Source of the DNA: Desulfobacterales bacterium
Lineage (GTDB): Bacteria; Desulfobacterota; Desulfobacteria; Desulfobacterales; UBA5852
NCBI GenBank assembly: GCA_963674755.2
Contig: CAXXVS010000003.1
Span: forward strand, 2,739,925 to 2,803,924
Direction of reading: 5' to 3'
Length of the DNA: 64,000 nucleotides
Shown here piece by piece: positions 1 to 10,836 of the stretch. Made by a program: the position numbers and the translations under genes. The notes under the pieces are model-generated. The model was given only the letters and a program-made list of their open reading frames with translations. It was not told where the DNA came from and did not search any database. How positions within the stretch are numbered: the stretch's first letter is position 1; each line of letters opens with the position of its first letter.

Positions 1-165
1 TCGAAGAATCCCTGGGGGATGCCGCCGTTTACGCCGGGCGCCAGGCTTTTGTCCGCCCGGTGCGATTTTGAAAACAGATTTTCCCATCGGGAATGTCAAT
101 GAGATGCATGCGTTCGCCTTGCCCGGGGCGGATTGATCGCATGGCGTAAACAAAGGAAAATAGCG

Positions 166-2685
166 ATGCATGAGCCGGAAGAACGACAACCAGGATCCAT
201 CGATAACCTCTGTGTGAATACCCTCCGTTTTTTGGCCGTCGATATGGTGCAGCAGGCCAACTCCGGGCACCCCGGTTTGCCGATGGGGGCCGCGGCCACG
301 GCCTACACCCTGTGGGACCGTTTTCTGCGGTTCAACCCCCGGGACCCGGCCTGGCCGGACCGGGATCGTTTCGTATTGTCGGCGGGGCACGGGTCCGCCC
401 TGCTGTATGCCCTGCTGCATTTGACCGGCTTCGACCTGCCGCTGGAGGAACTGCAACGCTTCCGCCAATGGGGCAGCCGCACCCCGGGGCACCCGGAGCA
501 CGGCCTGACGGCCGGCGTCGAGGCCACCACCGGTCCCCTGGGACAGGGCTTGTCCAATGCCGTGGGCATGGCGATTGCCGAAACCGCCCTGGGGGCGCGC
601 TTCAATCGCCCCGGTCACACGGTGGTCGACCACCATACCTATGCCCTGGCCAGCGACGGCGACCTGATGGAAGGGGTGGCCTCCGAGGCGGCTTCCCTGG
701 CCGGGCATCTGGCGCTGGGCAAGCTGATCGTTCTCTACGACGACAATCATATTTCCATCGAAGGCCAAACGACGCTGGCCTTCACCGAGGATCGCAAGGC
801 CCGTTTCGCAGCTTATGGATGGCACGTCCAGCAGGTCGACGACGGCAATGACATGGCTGCCGTGGCGGCGGCCATCCGGACGGCCCGGGAGGAGACGGCC
901 CGTCCTTCCTTCATCGCCATACGGACGCATATCGGCTACGGCAGCCCTCACAAACAGGATACGGCCGCAGCCCACGGCGAGCCCCTGGGGGAGGAAGAGG
1001 TGCGCCTGGCCAAAGAGAACCTGGGCTGGCCCACGGAACCGCCGTTTCTCGTCCCCCCGGAAGCCCGGGACCATTTTTGCCGGGCGCTGGACCGTGGAAA
1101 AGAGCGGCAGGCGGAATGGAACGCCCGCTTTCAGGCCTATGCCGAAGCCCACCCCGCGCTGGCCGCCGAGTTCAGCCGGGTCATCCGGGGCGCGCTGCCC
1201 GACGGCTGGGATGCCAACCTGCCCGTATTCGCTGCCGACCAGGGTGACGTGGCCACGCGGGTGGCCAACGGCAAGGCCATCAATGCCATTGCCGAACATC
1301 TTCCCGAACTGATGGGCGGGGCGGCCGACCTGGCGCCCAGCACCCACACCCTGATAACGTCCGCCGAGGGTTTCGCGCCGGAGCACCGCGAGGGACGGAA
1401 CATGCATTTCGGCATCCGCGAGCACGCCATGGGCGCCATTCTCAACGGCATGGCCCTGCACGGCGGGCTGCGGCCCTACGGGGCCACCTTCCTGATCTTC
1501 AGCGATTATATGCGGCCGCCGATGCGGCTGGCGGCCATGAACGGCCTGCCGGTGATCTACGTCTTTACCCATGACAGCATTGCCCTGGGGGAGGATGGCC
1601 CCACCCACCAGCCGGTGGAACAGCTCCTGGGGCTGCGTTCCATCCACGGCCTGACCGTCCTCCGGCCGGCGGATGCCAACGAAACCGTTGCTGCCTGGCG
1701 GTGGGCCGCGGCCCACCGCACAGGACCGGTGGCTCTGATCCTGACGCGTCAGAAACTGCCGATCCTGGCCCCTGCCGGTGAGCACGACGTCGCAGCCGGT
1801 GTGCGCGCCGGCGGCTATATCCTGACGCCCGCTGCCAAGGGCGCCAAACCCGACATCATCCTGGTCGCGACGGGCTCGGAGGTCCATCTGGCCCTGGCGG
1901 CATGGCAGAAGCTGGCCGACGAAGGGGTGGCGGCGCGGGTCGTCAGCATGCCCAGCATCGAATTGTTTCAGCAGCAACCGGCCAGCTACCGCAATCGGGT
2001 ATTGCCGCCGGGGGTGCCCCTGCTGGCCGTGGAGGCCGGTCTGCCCCTGGGCTGGCAGCCCTATTTGGGGCCCTGCAGCCGGGCGATCGGGGTCAAACGT
2101 TTCGGCGCCTCGGCTCCGGGGGCGGAGGTGATGCAGGCCTATGGCCTTACGGTGGACCATGTCTGCCAACAGGCCCGGGCCCTGCGGCAAAGCCCGGCCG
2201 ATCTGGGCAATCATTTGCTGGTGGCCATGAACGACGATCAGGACAGTCTGGACCTGGTGCGCCGTGTGGCCCAATGCCTGCCGGACCCGGCGGAAACGGA
2301 GATCACCCTGATCCATTACCTGGCGCCTATGGTTTGGGCCACCGGTGTCGGTGATATCAACGACGCACTGTTGGCCTATGATTGGGACGAGATCGCCAAG
2401 CTGGAAAAGATGGAAGCCGACATCACCGAAGAGATCTTTGCCCAGGCCCGGGAAGTCCTCCAGGAAGCGGGAGTTGCCACGGTTCACATTCACGCCAAAA
2501 CCACGCCGGTTCCCTATCCCAGCGTGACACGAGAGGTTTTGGAAGCGTTGGAAGAGGGGCTTTATTCGGCGGTGGTGGTGGGACGCCACCATCATAACGC
2601 CCTGACCCGGCTGTTGCGCCGCGATCCGGGTGCCGCTATAAGCAAGCGGGCCCGGGGGGTGACCGTTTGGGTTGTCGAACAATAG
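166..2685 (+). CDS. tkt: Transketolase with C-terminal universal-stress-protein (USP)-like domain
   Basis: [40 protein letters not shown] and [18 protein letters not shown] motifs. About 160 extra C-terminal residues (HLLVAM...ITLIH...AVVVGR...VTVWVV). ATG at 166 follows AAGGAAA. Confidence 0.95.
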   Translation: MHEPEERQPGSIDNLCVNTLRFLAVDMVQQANSGHPGLPMGAAATAYTLWDRFLRFNPRDPAWPDRDRFVLSAGHGSALLYALLHLTGFDLPLEELQRFRQWGSRTPGHPEHGLTAGVEATTGPLGQGLSNAVGMAIAETALGARFNRPGHTVVDHHTYALASDGDLMEGVASEAASLAGHLALGKLIVLYDDNHISIEGQTTLAFTEDRKARFAAYGWHVQQVDDGNDMAAVAAAIRTAREETARPSFIAIRTHIGYGSPHKQDTAAAHGEPLGEEEVRLAKENLGWPTEPPFLVPPEARDHFCRALDRGKERQAEWNARFQAYAEAHPALAAEFSRVIRGALPDGWDANLPVFAADQGDVATRVANGKAINAIAEHLPELMGGAADLAPSTHTLITSAEGFAPEHREGRNMHFGIREHAMGAILNGMALHGGLRPYGATFLIFSDYMRPPMRLAAMNGLPVIYVFTHDSIALGEDGPTHQPVEQLLGLRSIHGLTVLRPADANETVAAWRWAAAHRTGPVALILTRQKLPILAPAGEHDVAAGVRAGGYILTPAAKGAKPDIILVATGSEVHLALAAWQKLADEGVAARVVSMPSIELFQQQPASYRNRVLPPGVPLLAVEAGLPLGWQPYLGPCSRAIGVKRFGASAPGAEVMQAYGLTVDHVCQQARALRQSPADLGNHLLVAMNDDQDSLDLVRRVAQCLPDPAETEITLIHYLAPMVWATGVGDINDALLAYDWDEIAKLEKMEADITEEIFAQAREVLQEAGVATVHIHAKTTPVPYPSVTREVLEALEEGLYSAVVVGRHHHNALTRLLRRDPGAAISKRARGVTVWVVEQ

Positions 2686-2801
2686 CCTCACCTGCGCCCT
2701 ATAGGGCGGGGGAAGAAGACCGTTGTGAATTCATGGGACGACCGGCCGGCACCCTTCGCGGCCCGGGACCGTTCCGTCAACGCTTAAAGGGAGAACCATC
2801 A

Positions 2802-4448
2802 ATGGAGACCATACGACCCGCACTTACCCGTACCAAAGCCTGGCAGGCGCTGCAGGCCCACGGCCGGGACATCCAGGCGCTTCACCTGCGGGAGTTGTTC
2901 CGGGGCGATCCCGGACGGGCAGCGCGGTTTACGGTGGCGGCGGCGGGGTTTTATCTGGATTATGCCAAGCAGCGCGTCACGGAAGAGACCCTGGGGCTGC
3001 TCGTGGATCTGGCCGTTGAGTGCGGCCTGCCGGAACGGCGGGCCGCCATGTTCGAGGGGGAGAAGATCAATGCCACCGAAAAGCGGGCGGTGCTGCACAC
3101 CGCCCTGCGGGCCCGGCGGGATGCCCGCATCGTCGTGGACGGCCGGGATGTCGTGCCTGACGTGCACGCCGTTCTGGACAAGATGGCGGATTTCGCCGAG
3201 CGTGTCCGCAGCGGGGCCTGGCAGGGCTACACCGGCCGACCCATCAAAAATGTCATCAATATCGGTATCGGCGGTTCGGACCTGGGACCGGTCATGGCCT
3301 ACGAAGCCCTGCGATTCTATGCCCGCCGCGACATGACCTTCCGTTTCGTTTCCAATGTGGACGGGACTGATTTCGCCGAGGCCACCCATGGCCTGGAGGC
3401 CGCCGAGACCCTATTCATCGTTTCTTCCAAGACTTTCACCACCCTGGAGACGATGACCAACGCCCACACGGCCCGGGCCTGGCTCCTGGAACGCCTGGGG
3501 GACGAGGCGGCCGTGGCCCGCCACTTCGTCGCCGTGTCCACCAACCAGGAGGCGGTGGCGAAATTCGGCATCGACACCGCCAATATGTTCGGATTCTGGG
3601 ATTGGGTCGGTGGGCGCTACTCCATGGATTCGGCCATCGGCCTGTCCACCATGATCGCCGTGGGTCCGGAGGCCTTCGGGGCCATGCTGTCCGGCTTCCG
3701 TGGCATGGACGAGCATTTCCGCAACGCCCCGCTGGATCGCAACCTGCCGGTCCTGATGGGGCTCCTGGCGGTCTGGAACACCAATTTCCTGGGCGCCCGG
3801 ACCATCGCCGTGCTGCCCTACGACCAATACCTGCACCGTTTTCCGGCCTATCTCCAGCAATTGACCATGGAGAGCAACGGCAAGCACGTCACCCTGGACG
3901 GCAGCCGGGTGGACTACAGCACCGGCCCGGTCTACTGGGGCGAGCCGGGCACCAACGGGCAGCATTCCTTCTACCAGCTCATTCACCAGGGGACCGACCT
4001 CATCCCCTGTGATTTTATCGCCTTCCGCCAACCGCTGAACCCCCTGGGCAAGCATCACGACCTGCTGATCGCCAATGTCATCGCCCAGGGCGAGGCCCTG
4101 GCTTTCGGCAAAACCACCGAAGAAGTCCGGGCCGAAGGCATTCCGGACGAGTTGGCCGTCCATCGCACTTTCGAGGGCAACCGGCCCTCCACGACCCTTT
4201 TTACGGAGAAGCTCACCCCGGAAACGCTTGGTGCACTGGTGGCGCTCTATGAACACAGCGTTTTTACCCAGGGCGTCGTCTGGGGGATCGATTCCTTCGA
4301 CCAGTGGGGGGTGGAGCTGGGCAAAGTGCTGGCCACGCGTATCGTGCAGGAGATCGACGGATCGGATTCCGGCGTCCGTCACGACAGTTCCACCGAAGCC
4401 CTTATCCGCTACTACCGGACCGGTGCCCCGCCGAAGTCCGGTCAATGA
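2802..4448 (+). CDS. pgi: Glucose-6-phosphate isomerase
   Basis: [40 protein letters not shown] and [10 protein letters not shown] motifs. ATG 2802 follows AAGGGAG. Confidence 0.97.
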   Translation: METIRPALTRTKAWQALQAHGRDIQALHLRELFRGDPGRAARFTVAAAGFYLDYAKQRVTEETLGLLVDLAVECGLPERRAAMFEGEKINATEKRAVLHTALRARRDARIVVDGRDVVPDVHAVLDKMADFAERVRSGAWQGYTGRPIKNVINIGIGGSDLGPVMAYEALRFYARRDMTFRFVSNVDGTDFAEATHGLEAAETLFIVSSKTFTTLETMTNAHTARAWLLERLGDEAAVARHFVAVSTNQEAVAKFGIDTANMFGFWDWVGGRYSMDSAIGLSTMIAVGPEAFGAMLSGFRGMDEHFRNAPLDRNLPVLMGLLAVWNTNFLGARTIAVLPYDQYLHRFPAYLQQLTMESNGKHVTLDGSRVDYSTGPVYWGEPGTNGQHSFYQLIHQGTDLIPCDFIAFRQPLNPLGKHHDLLIANVIAQGEALAFGKTTEEVRAEGIPDELAVHRTFEGNRPSTTLFTEKLTPETLGALVALYEHSVFTQGVVWGIDSFDQWGVELGKVLATRIVQEIDGSDSGVRHDSSTEALIRYYRTGAPPKSGQ

Positions 4449-4568
4449 ACACAGTGGGCCGGCCGGCCGCCGAGACGTTCCGGATCGAAGATCCCGGGGA
4501 CGGGGCGGCGGTTTGGATGACAGGGCAGGAAACGCCAGCGTATCGGCTTTCAAAAGTTGGAGACCGTG

Positions 4569-7100
4569 ATGGCTCAAAAGGGAAAAGCGATCAACGCGCC
4601 GGTTCTCAGCGCTGAACTCGACGCGTTGATGGAGATTGCCTGTGACTTGCGCTGGTCCTGGGACCACCGCGCCGATGATATCTGGCATGCCCTGGATGCG
4701 GATCTATGGGATTCCACCCGGAATCCCAAGCTGATCCTGCAGTCCGTCGCAACCGAGAAAGTGGCCCGCCTGGCCAATGATGCCGCCTTCCGGGAACGGG
4801 TGCAGAAGCTGACCCGCGCGCTGCGGGCCGAGCGCAAGGCCTCCCTCTGGTTTCAGCAAAGGCACTCGGACGCGCCCCTGACAGCCATTGCCTACTTCAG
4901 CATGGAATTCATGCTGGGCGAAGCCCTGCCCATTTATTCGGGCGGCCTGGGCAACGTGGCCGGGGACCAGCTCAAGGCCGCCAGTGATCTGGGGGTCCCC
5001 GTCGTGGGGGTGGGCCTGCTGTACCAGCAGGGCTATTTTCGCCAGATGATCACCGCGGACGGCGTCCAGGAAGCGCTCTATCCCATCAACGATCCGGGAC
5101 AGCTGCCGATCACTCCGGCGCGGGACGGGGAGGGACGATGGGTGCGCTTCCAGGTGCCGTTTCCCCACTATCCGATCTGGGTGCGGGCCTGGCAGGCCCA
5201 GGTGGGGCGCCTGCAGCTTTACCTGCTGGACAGCAACGATCTCGCCAACCCGCCCCTGGAAAGCGGCCTCACGGCCCAGCTCTACGGGGGCGGAACGGAA
5301 ACCCGCATCGCCCAGGAATTCATCCTGGGCATCGGCGGCTGGCGGCTGTTGCAGCTGCTGGGATTGCAGCCCGAGGTGTGCCACCTGAACGAGGGCCACG
5401 CGGCCTTCGTGATCCTGGAAAGGGCCGCCGCCTTCATGGAAGCCGTCGGCGGCAACTTCCCGGTGGCCCTGCAGGCCACCCGCGCCGGCAATCTGTTCAC
5501 CACCCACACACCCGTCGCCGCAGGGTTCGACTGTTTTGCACGGGATCTCATGCAGCGTTATTTCGATGGATACAGCCGGGATCGTCTCGGTATCCCCCTA
5601 TCCGATTTGATGGCCCTGGGCCGGCAAAACCCGGCCGATGAGAACGAACCCTTCAACATGGCCTATCTGGCGGTGCGCGGCAGCGGCGCCGTGAACGGCG
5701 TCAGCCGCCTGCACGGCGAGGTCAGCCGGGCGATTTTCGAAAGACTGTTTCCGCGCTGGCCGCGCCACGAAGTCCCGGTGGGGCATGTGACCAACGGCAT
5801 TCATGTGGGCACCTGGGATTCCGAGGCCTCCGACGACCTCTGGACGCGCTATGGGGGCCGCACGCGCTGGCTGGGCGAGACCGATACGCTGGCGGAAGCG
5901 ATCAGACAGGTGCCGGCCAAGGCCTTGTGGAAAATGCGCAGGGACTCCCGCCATGCCCTGGTGGCCTTTGTGCGGGCCCGTTATGCGCGCCAGGTCGCCA
6001 TATGGGGCGCCAGCGCCGAAGCGGTGCAGCAGGCCCGGCAGGTGCTGGACCCCGACGCATTGACCCTGGGCTTTGCCCGGCGCTTTGCGACCTACAAGCG
6101 GCCGACGCTGTTGCTAAGGGATCCGGCGCGCCTGCTGCGCCTGGTGACCGATCCCGAGCGTCCCGTGCAGCTCATCGTGGCCGGCAAGGCCCATCCGGCC
6201 GACCAAGCCGGTCAGGACATGATCCGGCAGTGGATCGACTTCGCCCGCCGTCCGGAGGTTGGCAACCGTGTGATTTTCCTGAGCGACTACGACATGCTGC
6301 TGACCGAACAGCTCGTGTGCGGGGTGGATGTCTGGGTCAATACGCCGCGCCGGCCGTGGGAGGCCTGCGGTACCAGCGGGATGAAGGTTCTGGCCAATGG
6401 CGGCCTCAATCTGTCGGAGCGCGACGGCTGGTGGGCCGAAGCCTATACGCCCCGGGTCGGCTGGGCGATCGGCGAGGGAAGCGGGCCGGGCGGCGACGGC
6501 GCCCGGGATGCGGCCGACGCCGAAACCCTCTACACCCTGCTGGAGCAGGAAGTCGTGCCGCAGTTCTACCAGCGCGATGCCGCAGGGATTCCGACCCGGT
6601 GGCTGGAGAAGGTGCGGGAAAGCATGGTAACCCTCACGGCCCGCTTTTCGAGCAACCGCGCCGTGCGCGAATATACGGAGAGCTACTACCTGCCCGCTGC
6701 CGAAGCCTACCGGCGGCGCAGCGCGGACAAGGGCCGTCTGAGCCGCCAGCTCGTGGACTGGCAGACCGCCCTCCGCCGGCACTGGTCCGAATTGCGATTC
6801 GGCGAGGTCCAGGTCCTCAGCCGCGGGGGCTTCCATGCCTTCCGGGTGCCGGTCTTTCTGGGCGGGCTGGCGCCGGCGGCCGTTGCCGTGCAATTGTACG
6901 CCGAACCCCAGGCCGCCGGTGCGCCGTCGATCTGGCCGATGCGCTGCGAGAAGGCCCCATCCGATGGAAAGGAGGGGCTGCTTTACCAGGCTCGGGTCCC
7001 CGACCAACGTCCGGCATCCGACTATACCGCCCGGATCGTCCCGGCCCATCCGGCGGCCGTCCTGCCGCTGGAAACGGAATTGATCTTCTGGCAGCACTGA
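4569..7100 (+). CDS. glgP: Alpha-glucan (glycogen) phosphorylase, DUF3417-type
   Basis: AYFSMEF, YSGGLG, HLNEGH, GFARRFATYKR and PLP-site EACGTSGMK. Confidence 0.95.
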   Translation: MAQKGKAINAPVLSAELDALMEIACDLRWSWDHRADDIWHALDADLWDSTRNPKLILQSVATEKVARLANDAAFRERVQKLTRALRAERKASLWFQQRHSDAPLTAIAYFSMEFMLGEALPIYSGGLGNVAGDQLKAASDLGVPVVGVGLLYQQGYFRQMITADGVQEALYPINDPGQLPITPARDGEGRWVRFQVPFPHYPIWVRAWQAQVGRLQLYLLDSNDLANPPLESGLTAQLYGGGTETRIAQEFILGIGGWRLLQLLGLQPEVCHLNEGHAAFVILERAAAFMEAVGGNFPVALQATRAGNLFTTHTPVAAGFDCFARDLMQRYFDGYSRDRLGIPLSDLMALGRQNPADENEPFNMAYLAVRGSGAVNGVSRLHGEVSRAIFERLFPRWPRHEVPVGHVTNGIHVGTWDSEASDDLWTRYGGRTRWLGETDTLAEAIRQVPAKALWKMRRDSRHALVAFVRARYARQVAIWGASAEAVQQARQVLDPDALTLGFARRFATYKRPTLLLRDPARLLRLVTDPERPVQLIVAGKAHPADQAGQDMIRQWIDFARRPEVGNRVIFLSDYDMLLTEQLVCGVDVWVNTPRRPWEACGTSGMKVLANGGLNLSERDGWWAEAYTPRVGWAIGEGSGPGGDGARDAADAETLYTLLEQEVVPQFYQRDAAGIPTRWLEKVRESMVTLTARFSSNRAVREYTESYYLPAAEAYRRRSADKGRLSRQLVDWQTALRRHWSELRFGEVQVLSRGGFHAFRVPVFLGGLAPAAVAVQLYAEPQAAGAPSIWPMRCEKAPSDGKEGLLYQARVPDQRPASDYTARIVPAHPAAVLPLETELIFWQH

Positions 7101-7249
7101 CGGCGGCGGCGCCCGATTCTAAGGGGCCATCATGATTCCATAGGATGCGGTGGCCTAAGCATTTGGGCTTCGTCCGCATCGGCAGGTTAATCCCACCGAT
7201 CCGCTTATCTTGGGTGCGTTGGGGCAGGCCGGTTGTATCGGGTATACGC

Positions 7250-7561
7250 CTACTTTTTTACGAAATCGATGACGTCGAACGTCCGGCGGATTATCTCGCC
7301 CTTAAACCGGAGGGAGCGCTTGGAATCCTCGGCCGCGGCCGCGCGCTCCGGGGAGCCGAGGGCGGCCTCCATTTCCGTGCGGTTGTCAAAATACAGCTCG
7401 GTAATCTGGTAAAGGCCTTCCTCGGGCTGCCCCTTGCTGATCACAATGCGTTTGATCCCGGGGAAGCGCGTGACCATGGGGAGGTGATGGTCCCAGTAGT
7501 GTTTATCGAAGGCGGCGGAATCTTCGGGGTTACCGTAGTAGAAAACACAGAACTTGACCAT
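7250..7561 (-). CDS. EthD-family protein
   Basis: AFDKHYWDHHLP and ELYFD...MEAALGSPE pattern. AGGAGG RBS upstream of ATG 7561. Confidence 0.85.
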   Translation of the reverse strand: MVKFCVFYYGNPEDSAAFDKHYWDHHLPMVTRFPGIKRIVISKGQPEEGLYQITELYFDNRTEMEAALGSPERAAAAEDSKRSLRFKGEIIRRTFDVIDFVKK

Positions 7562-7683
7562 TTGGCTCCTCCTCATTCAGAGATGGCGGCACGGGCGTCG
7601 CGCTTGGGATGTCGACCGTCCGGTGCGCCTCACCCAGATCCGGACGCGTAAATTTTTCCGTTTCCGGATTTTCGATCATGCAA

Positions 7684-8676
7684 TCAATTGTTGGCTTTGC
7701 CCGCTTTTATTCGTTCTTCCGACCGATCGGTTGCCGATGGAGGGGTAGGTGACATCTCCGCTATGGCATCATAAAGCTGATCGGTCAGGTCGATGTCTAC
7801 GGACCGTAGGGAATCTTCGAGTTGCGCGACACTGCGGGCCCCGATAATCGGTGCGGTGACGGCGTCGTTTCGGCCGACCCAGGCGACGGCCAGGCTGACA
7901 GGGTGATACCCGGCTTTCACGGCGAACGCGCAAAACTGCCTTGCGGTGTCAAACATCCAGCGATCATGGTAGCGCTTTTGATACTTGCCGCTGGTGGTCA
8001 GTCGGCCGTTGCCCGTCGTATGGTCCGTGCCGTATTTTCCAGCCAACAGTCCGGCGCCAAGGGGATTATAGGTTATGGCACCGATGTTTTCCGACTTCGC
8101 CATCGGCAAAATCTCAACTTCGGCCTGGCGCTTGACCAGGTTGTACATGGGCTGGATGCAGTCCACCGGGACCCAGTCGTGCAGGGTGCTTATTCCGCGG
8201 GCTTTCATGACTTGCCAAGCGGAGAAGTTGCTGACGCCGATGTAGCGTACCTTGCCCTGTCCAACCATATCATTCAGCGCGCGAAGAGAAACCTCCAACG
8301 GTGTAAATGGATCGAATTTGTGCAGAAAATAAATATCGATATAATCGGTTCCGAGCCGCTTTAGGCTGGCCTCAAGGGATGCCATAATGTTGCGCCGGGA
8401 GCCACCCTGCGCATTCATCTCGGACCCGAATGGTGACCCGCATTTCGAAGTGACGATGAGGTGCTGCCGATGGCCCGCTATCAGTTTCCCCAAAATCGTT
8501 TCGGCGATTCCGTCTCCGTAGACATTGGCGCAATCAAAAAAATTGATGCCGCTGTCCAGACAGCGCCTGAAAATCGCTTCCGATGCAGCTTCGTCGGCTT
8601 CATTGCCAAACGTCATCGTCCCCATACAAAGTTGCGAAACCCGAAGGCCTGTGTTGCCCAAAAATCTATAATTCAT
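7684..8676 (-). CDS. Aldo/keto reductase
   Basis: LGNTGLRVSQLCMGTMTFG, FFDCANVYG, SLKRLGTDYIDIY, GKVRYIGVSN and PIIGARS motifs. Start at MNYRF. Confidence 0.93.
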   Translation of the reverse strand: MNYRFLGNTGLRVSQLCMGTMTFGNEADEAASEAIFRRCLDSGINFFDCANVYGDGIAETILGKLIAGHRQHLIVTSKCGSPFGSEMNAQGGSRRNIMASLEASLKRLGTDYIDIYFLHKFDPFTPLEVSLRALNDMVGQGKVRYIGVSNFSAWQVMKARGISTLHDWVPVDCIQPMYNLVKRQAEVEILPMAKSENIGAITYNPLGAGLLAGKYGTDHTTGNGRLTTSGKYQKRYHDRWMFDTARQFCAFAVKAGYHPVSLAVAWVGRNDAVTAPIIGARSVAQLEDSLRSVDIDLTDQLYDAIAEMSPTPPSATDRSEERIKAGKANN

Positions 8677-8878
8677 GGTGTCCGCCTTTGCCATCGAATC
8701 GGCCGTATTCCCGAAAGGCCGCCTGTGCCAACCGCATGGCTTGTTCGACCTCTGTGACCGTTGCCGCGGCAAACGTTTCCGGAAGGGCACGGCCGGCCGC
8801 CGGATTGACCGCCTGCAGTCGATCCCTGCCTTGGGCGGATCGGGCAACCCCAATGACGTTTTCTCCTGTAATCGGCAA
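8666..8878 (-). pseudogene. N-terminal remnant (~60 aa) of an aldehyde dehydrogenase, 2,5-dioxopentanoate/KGSA dehydrogenase-like
   Basis: TTG start after AAGGAGAGG. (M)PITGENVIGVARSAQG...AVNPAAGRALPETFAAATVTEVEQAMRLAQAAFREY matches the typical KGSADH N-terminus, then the frame ends inside the start of the next gene. Confidence 0.72.
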
Positions 8879-8975
8879 TTCCCTCTCCTTGTGGTTTCCT
8901 CTCGCGGGATGGAACGACAAGCTTTGTGCGGCAGGCAGCGTCTACCAAGCGCCGCTCATGCCTGTTCGGCAATCT

Positions 8976-10154
8976 TCACAACAGCCCCCGCGAGGCCAGG
9001 TTGCGCATCAGCTGAATGACCCCAAAACGCCAGGGGGGGATTTCGTGGCATAACCCCACCCGGTTGATCAACGCGCCCAGCCGGGGACTCGCAATTTGGA
9101 CCACGTCCCCTGTTTTGTGGGTAAACCCTTCACCGGCCCGGCCGCGGTCTTGGGTGGGCGAGAACAAGGTGCCTGTGTAGAGCATCAAACCGTCGGGGTA
9201 TTGGTGGTGTCTGTCAATGGTCTGGCAAACCAACGCTTCAATATCACGGCTTATTTGGGCCATATTGCTCCGGTCCTGTAAAACGAATCCGTCGCTGCCG
9301 CGTACTTCGACGGTCACCGTGGCCCGCCGTAGGTCGTCGATCGTAAAATGCTCATCAAAAAGCCTGATAAAGGGCCCTATAACGCTGGACCCGTTGTTGT
9401 CCTTGGCTTTGCCCAGAAGCAGGGCGCTGCGCCCTTCAAAATCGCGCAGGTTGACGTCGTTGCCCAAAGCGGCACCGACGATGGCCCCCCGATCCGTCAC
9501 GGCCAGCACCACCTCGGGCTCCGGATTGGTCCAGTGTGAGTCGTCGCGTATGCCGAGGGTTTCACCGGTTCCGAGGCTGGCCATGGGCGGCGCTTTGCTG
9601 AACACTTCGGCATCCGGGCCGATGCCTACCTCCAGATATTGGGACCACAGCCCCTTTTTGACGAGGACCGCCTTGATGGCCGTTGCCGCCGCGCTACCCG
9701 GTTTTATCGCGGCAAGGTCGAATTGCAGCTCTTGGCTCAGTTCCTCGCGGAACGTCTTGGCGGCCTGGGGGTCACCCTTGGCCTGTTCTTCCACCAGCCG
9801 CTCGATCATGGAGCTTGCAAAGGTGACGCCGCAGGCCTTCACGGTTTGCAGGTCGCAAGGGGCCAGAAAATACGGGCGGGATAGATCGCGCACCGCGGGG
9901 TCGCTGTTGGCCAGAATATCCTGAACGTCACCGAGTTCTTCACGTTGATACCCCGCCAAGCGGGCGGTCAGGTCGGGGAGGTTGCAGAGCTCGGCCATGA
10001 TCGGACAGGACCGGCTGATATCGTAAACATGACCCTCCCCGATGATCACCACACTGGGGCCGGCCACCGGACCTGGCCGCCAAACGCGGCCCAGGAGCAG
10101 GGCCTGTTCCCAATCTTCGGGAAGACAGGCCCGCATGTCGATTTGAGACCTCAT
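8976..10154 (-). CDS. Fumarylacetoacetate hydrolase family protein, XylX-like 2-keto-3-deoxy-pentonate dehydratase type
   Basis: LLGRVW, APCDLQTVKACGVTFA, WSQYLEVGIGPDAEVFSK, NPEPE, GNDVNLRDFEGRSALLLGKAKDNN and GTLFSPTQDR motifs. Confidence 0.88.
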   Translation of the reverse strand: MRSQIDMRACLPEDWEQALLLGRVWRPGPVAGPSVVIIGEGHVYDISRSCPIMAELCNLPDLTARLAGYQREELGDVQDILANSDPAVRDLSRPYFLAPCDLQTVKACGVTFASSMIERLVEEQAKGDPQAAKTFREELSQELQFDLAAIKPGSAAATAIKAVLVKKGLWSQYLEVGIGPDAEVFSKAPPMASLGTGETLGIRDDSHWTNPEPEVVLAVTDRGAIVGAALGNDVNLRDFEGRSALLLGKAKDNNGSSVIGPFIRLFDEHFTIDDLRRATVTVEVRGSDGFVLQDRSNMAQISRDIEALVCQTIDRHHQYPDGLMLYTGTLFSPTQDRGRAGEGFTHKTGDVVQIASPRLGALINRVGLCHEIPPWRFGVIQLMRNLASRGLL

Positions 10155-10202
10155 TTTACCCCTCGATTTGAATTCACAGGTTGAGCACCGGCCTCACAGG
10201 TG

Positions 10203-10832
10203 TCAGACTTTTTCCATCATGGCTTCGATTCGCTTTTGGGCGCGGTCGGTGTTGAAGATGCCGCATTGGCAGGGCCGGAACAGGCGCTCGCTGGCTTCCG
10301 CCAGGGACATGGCGCCCCGTTTCACCTGATCCAAGGTATCGAGTATCAGATCGACGGATACCATCCCATGGCCGCACATGGACTGGATTTCCATCACTTC
10401 CGTGGCGGGAAGTTTGTGGGTGGCCCCCCAACGTCCTAAAGAGGTATTCACCGTATGGACTTTTTGGCCGGCGGCATGGCAGCATTCCTTTACGCGATCA
10501 AACAGACCGCTGACCACGATGGACATGCCGAAGTCGCCGGCCTTGATGGCTTTCAGCGCATTCACCAACTTGTCTTGGTCGTTGAAGACCGCCGTCACCA
10601 CGGCGCGGTCCTCAATGTTCCGGATCATGGTCTCCAGTCCGCCCTGATGGTATTCATTGCCCAGGCGGGCGTCGCCTGCTTTTACAGCACCCTCTTTCAG
10701 GCAGATGCGGATGATCTCCTGCAGTTTGGGACCGCTGCCTTCATGGTTGATATCTTTACTGGGCATGGCCAGTACAACGAAATCTTCGCGCAGGTTTTCG
10801 TCGCTGCCCACCCGATGCAGAGTATGAGTCAT
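10203..10832 (-). CDS. Conserved hypothetical protein with MCGHGM and CxCGIFN motifs (copy 1)
   Basis: Clear paralog of 27891..28523; both start MTHTLHR. AAGGAGG RBS lies in the end of the upstream gene. Confidence 0.85.
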   Translation of the reverse strand: MTHTLHRVGSDENLREDFVVLAMPSKDINHEGSGPKLQEIIRICLKEGAVKAGDARLGNEYHQGGLETMIRNIEDRAVVTAVFNDQDKLVNALKAIKAGDFGMSIVVSGLFDRVKECCHAAGQKVHTVNTSLGRWGATHKLPATEVMEIQSMCGHGMVSVDLILDTLDQVKRGAMSLAEASERLFRPCQCGIFNTDRAQKRIEAMMEKV

Positions 10833-10836
10833 TGTT

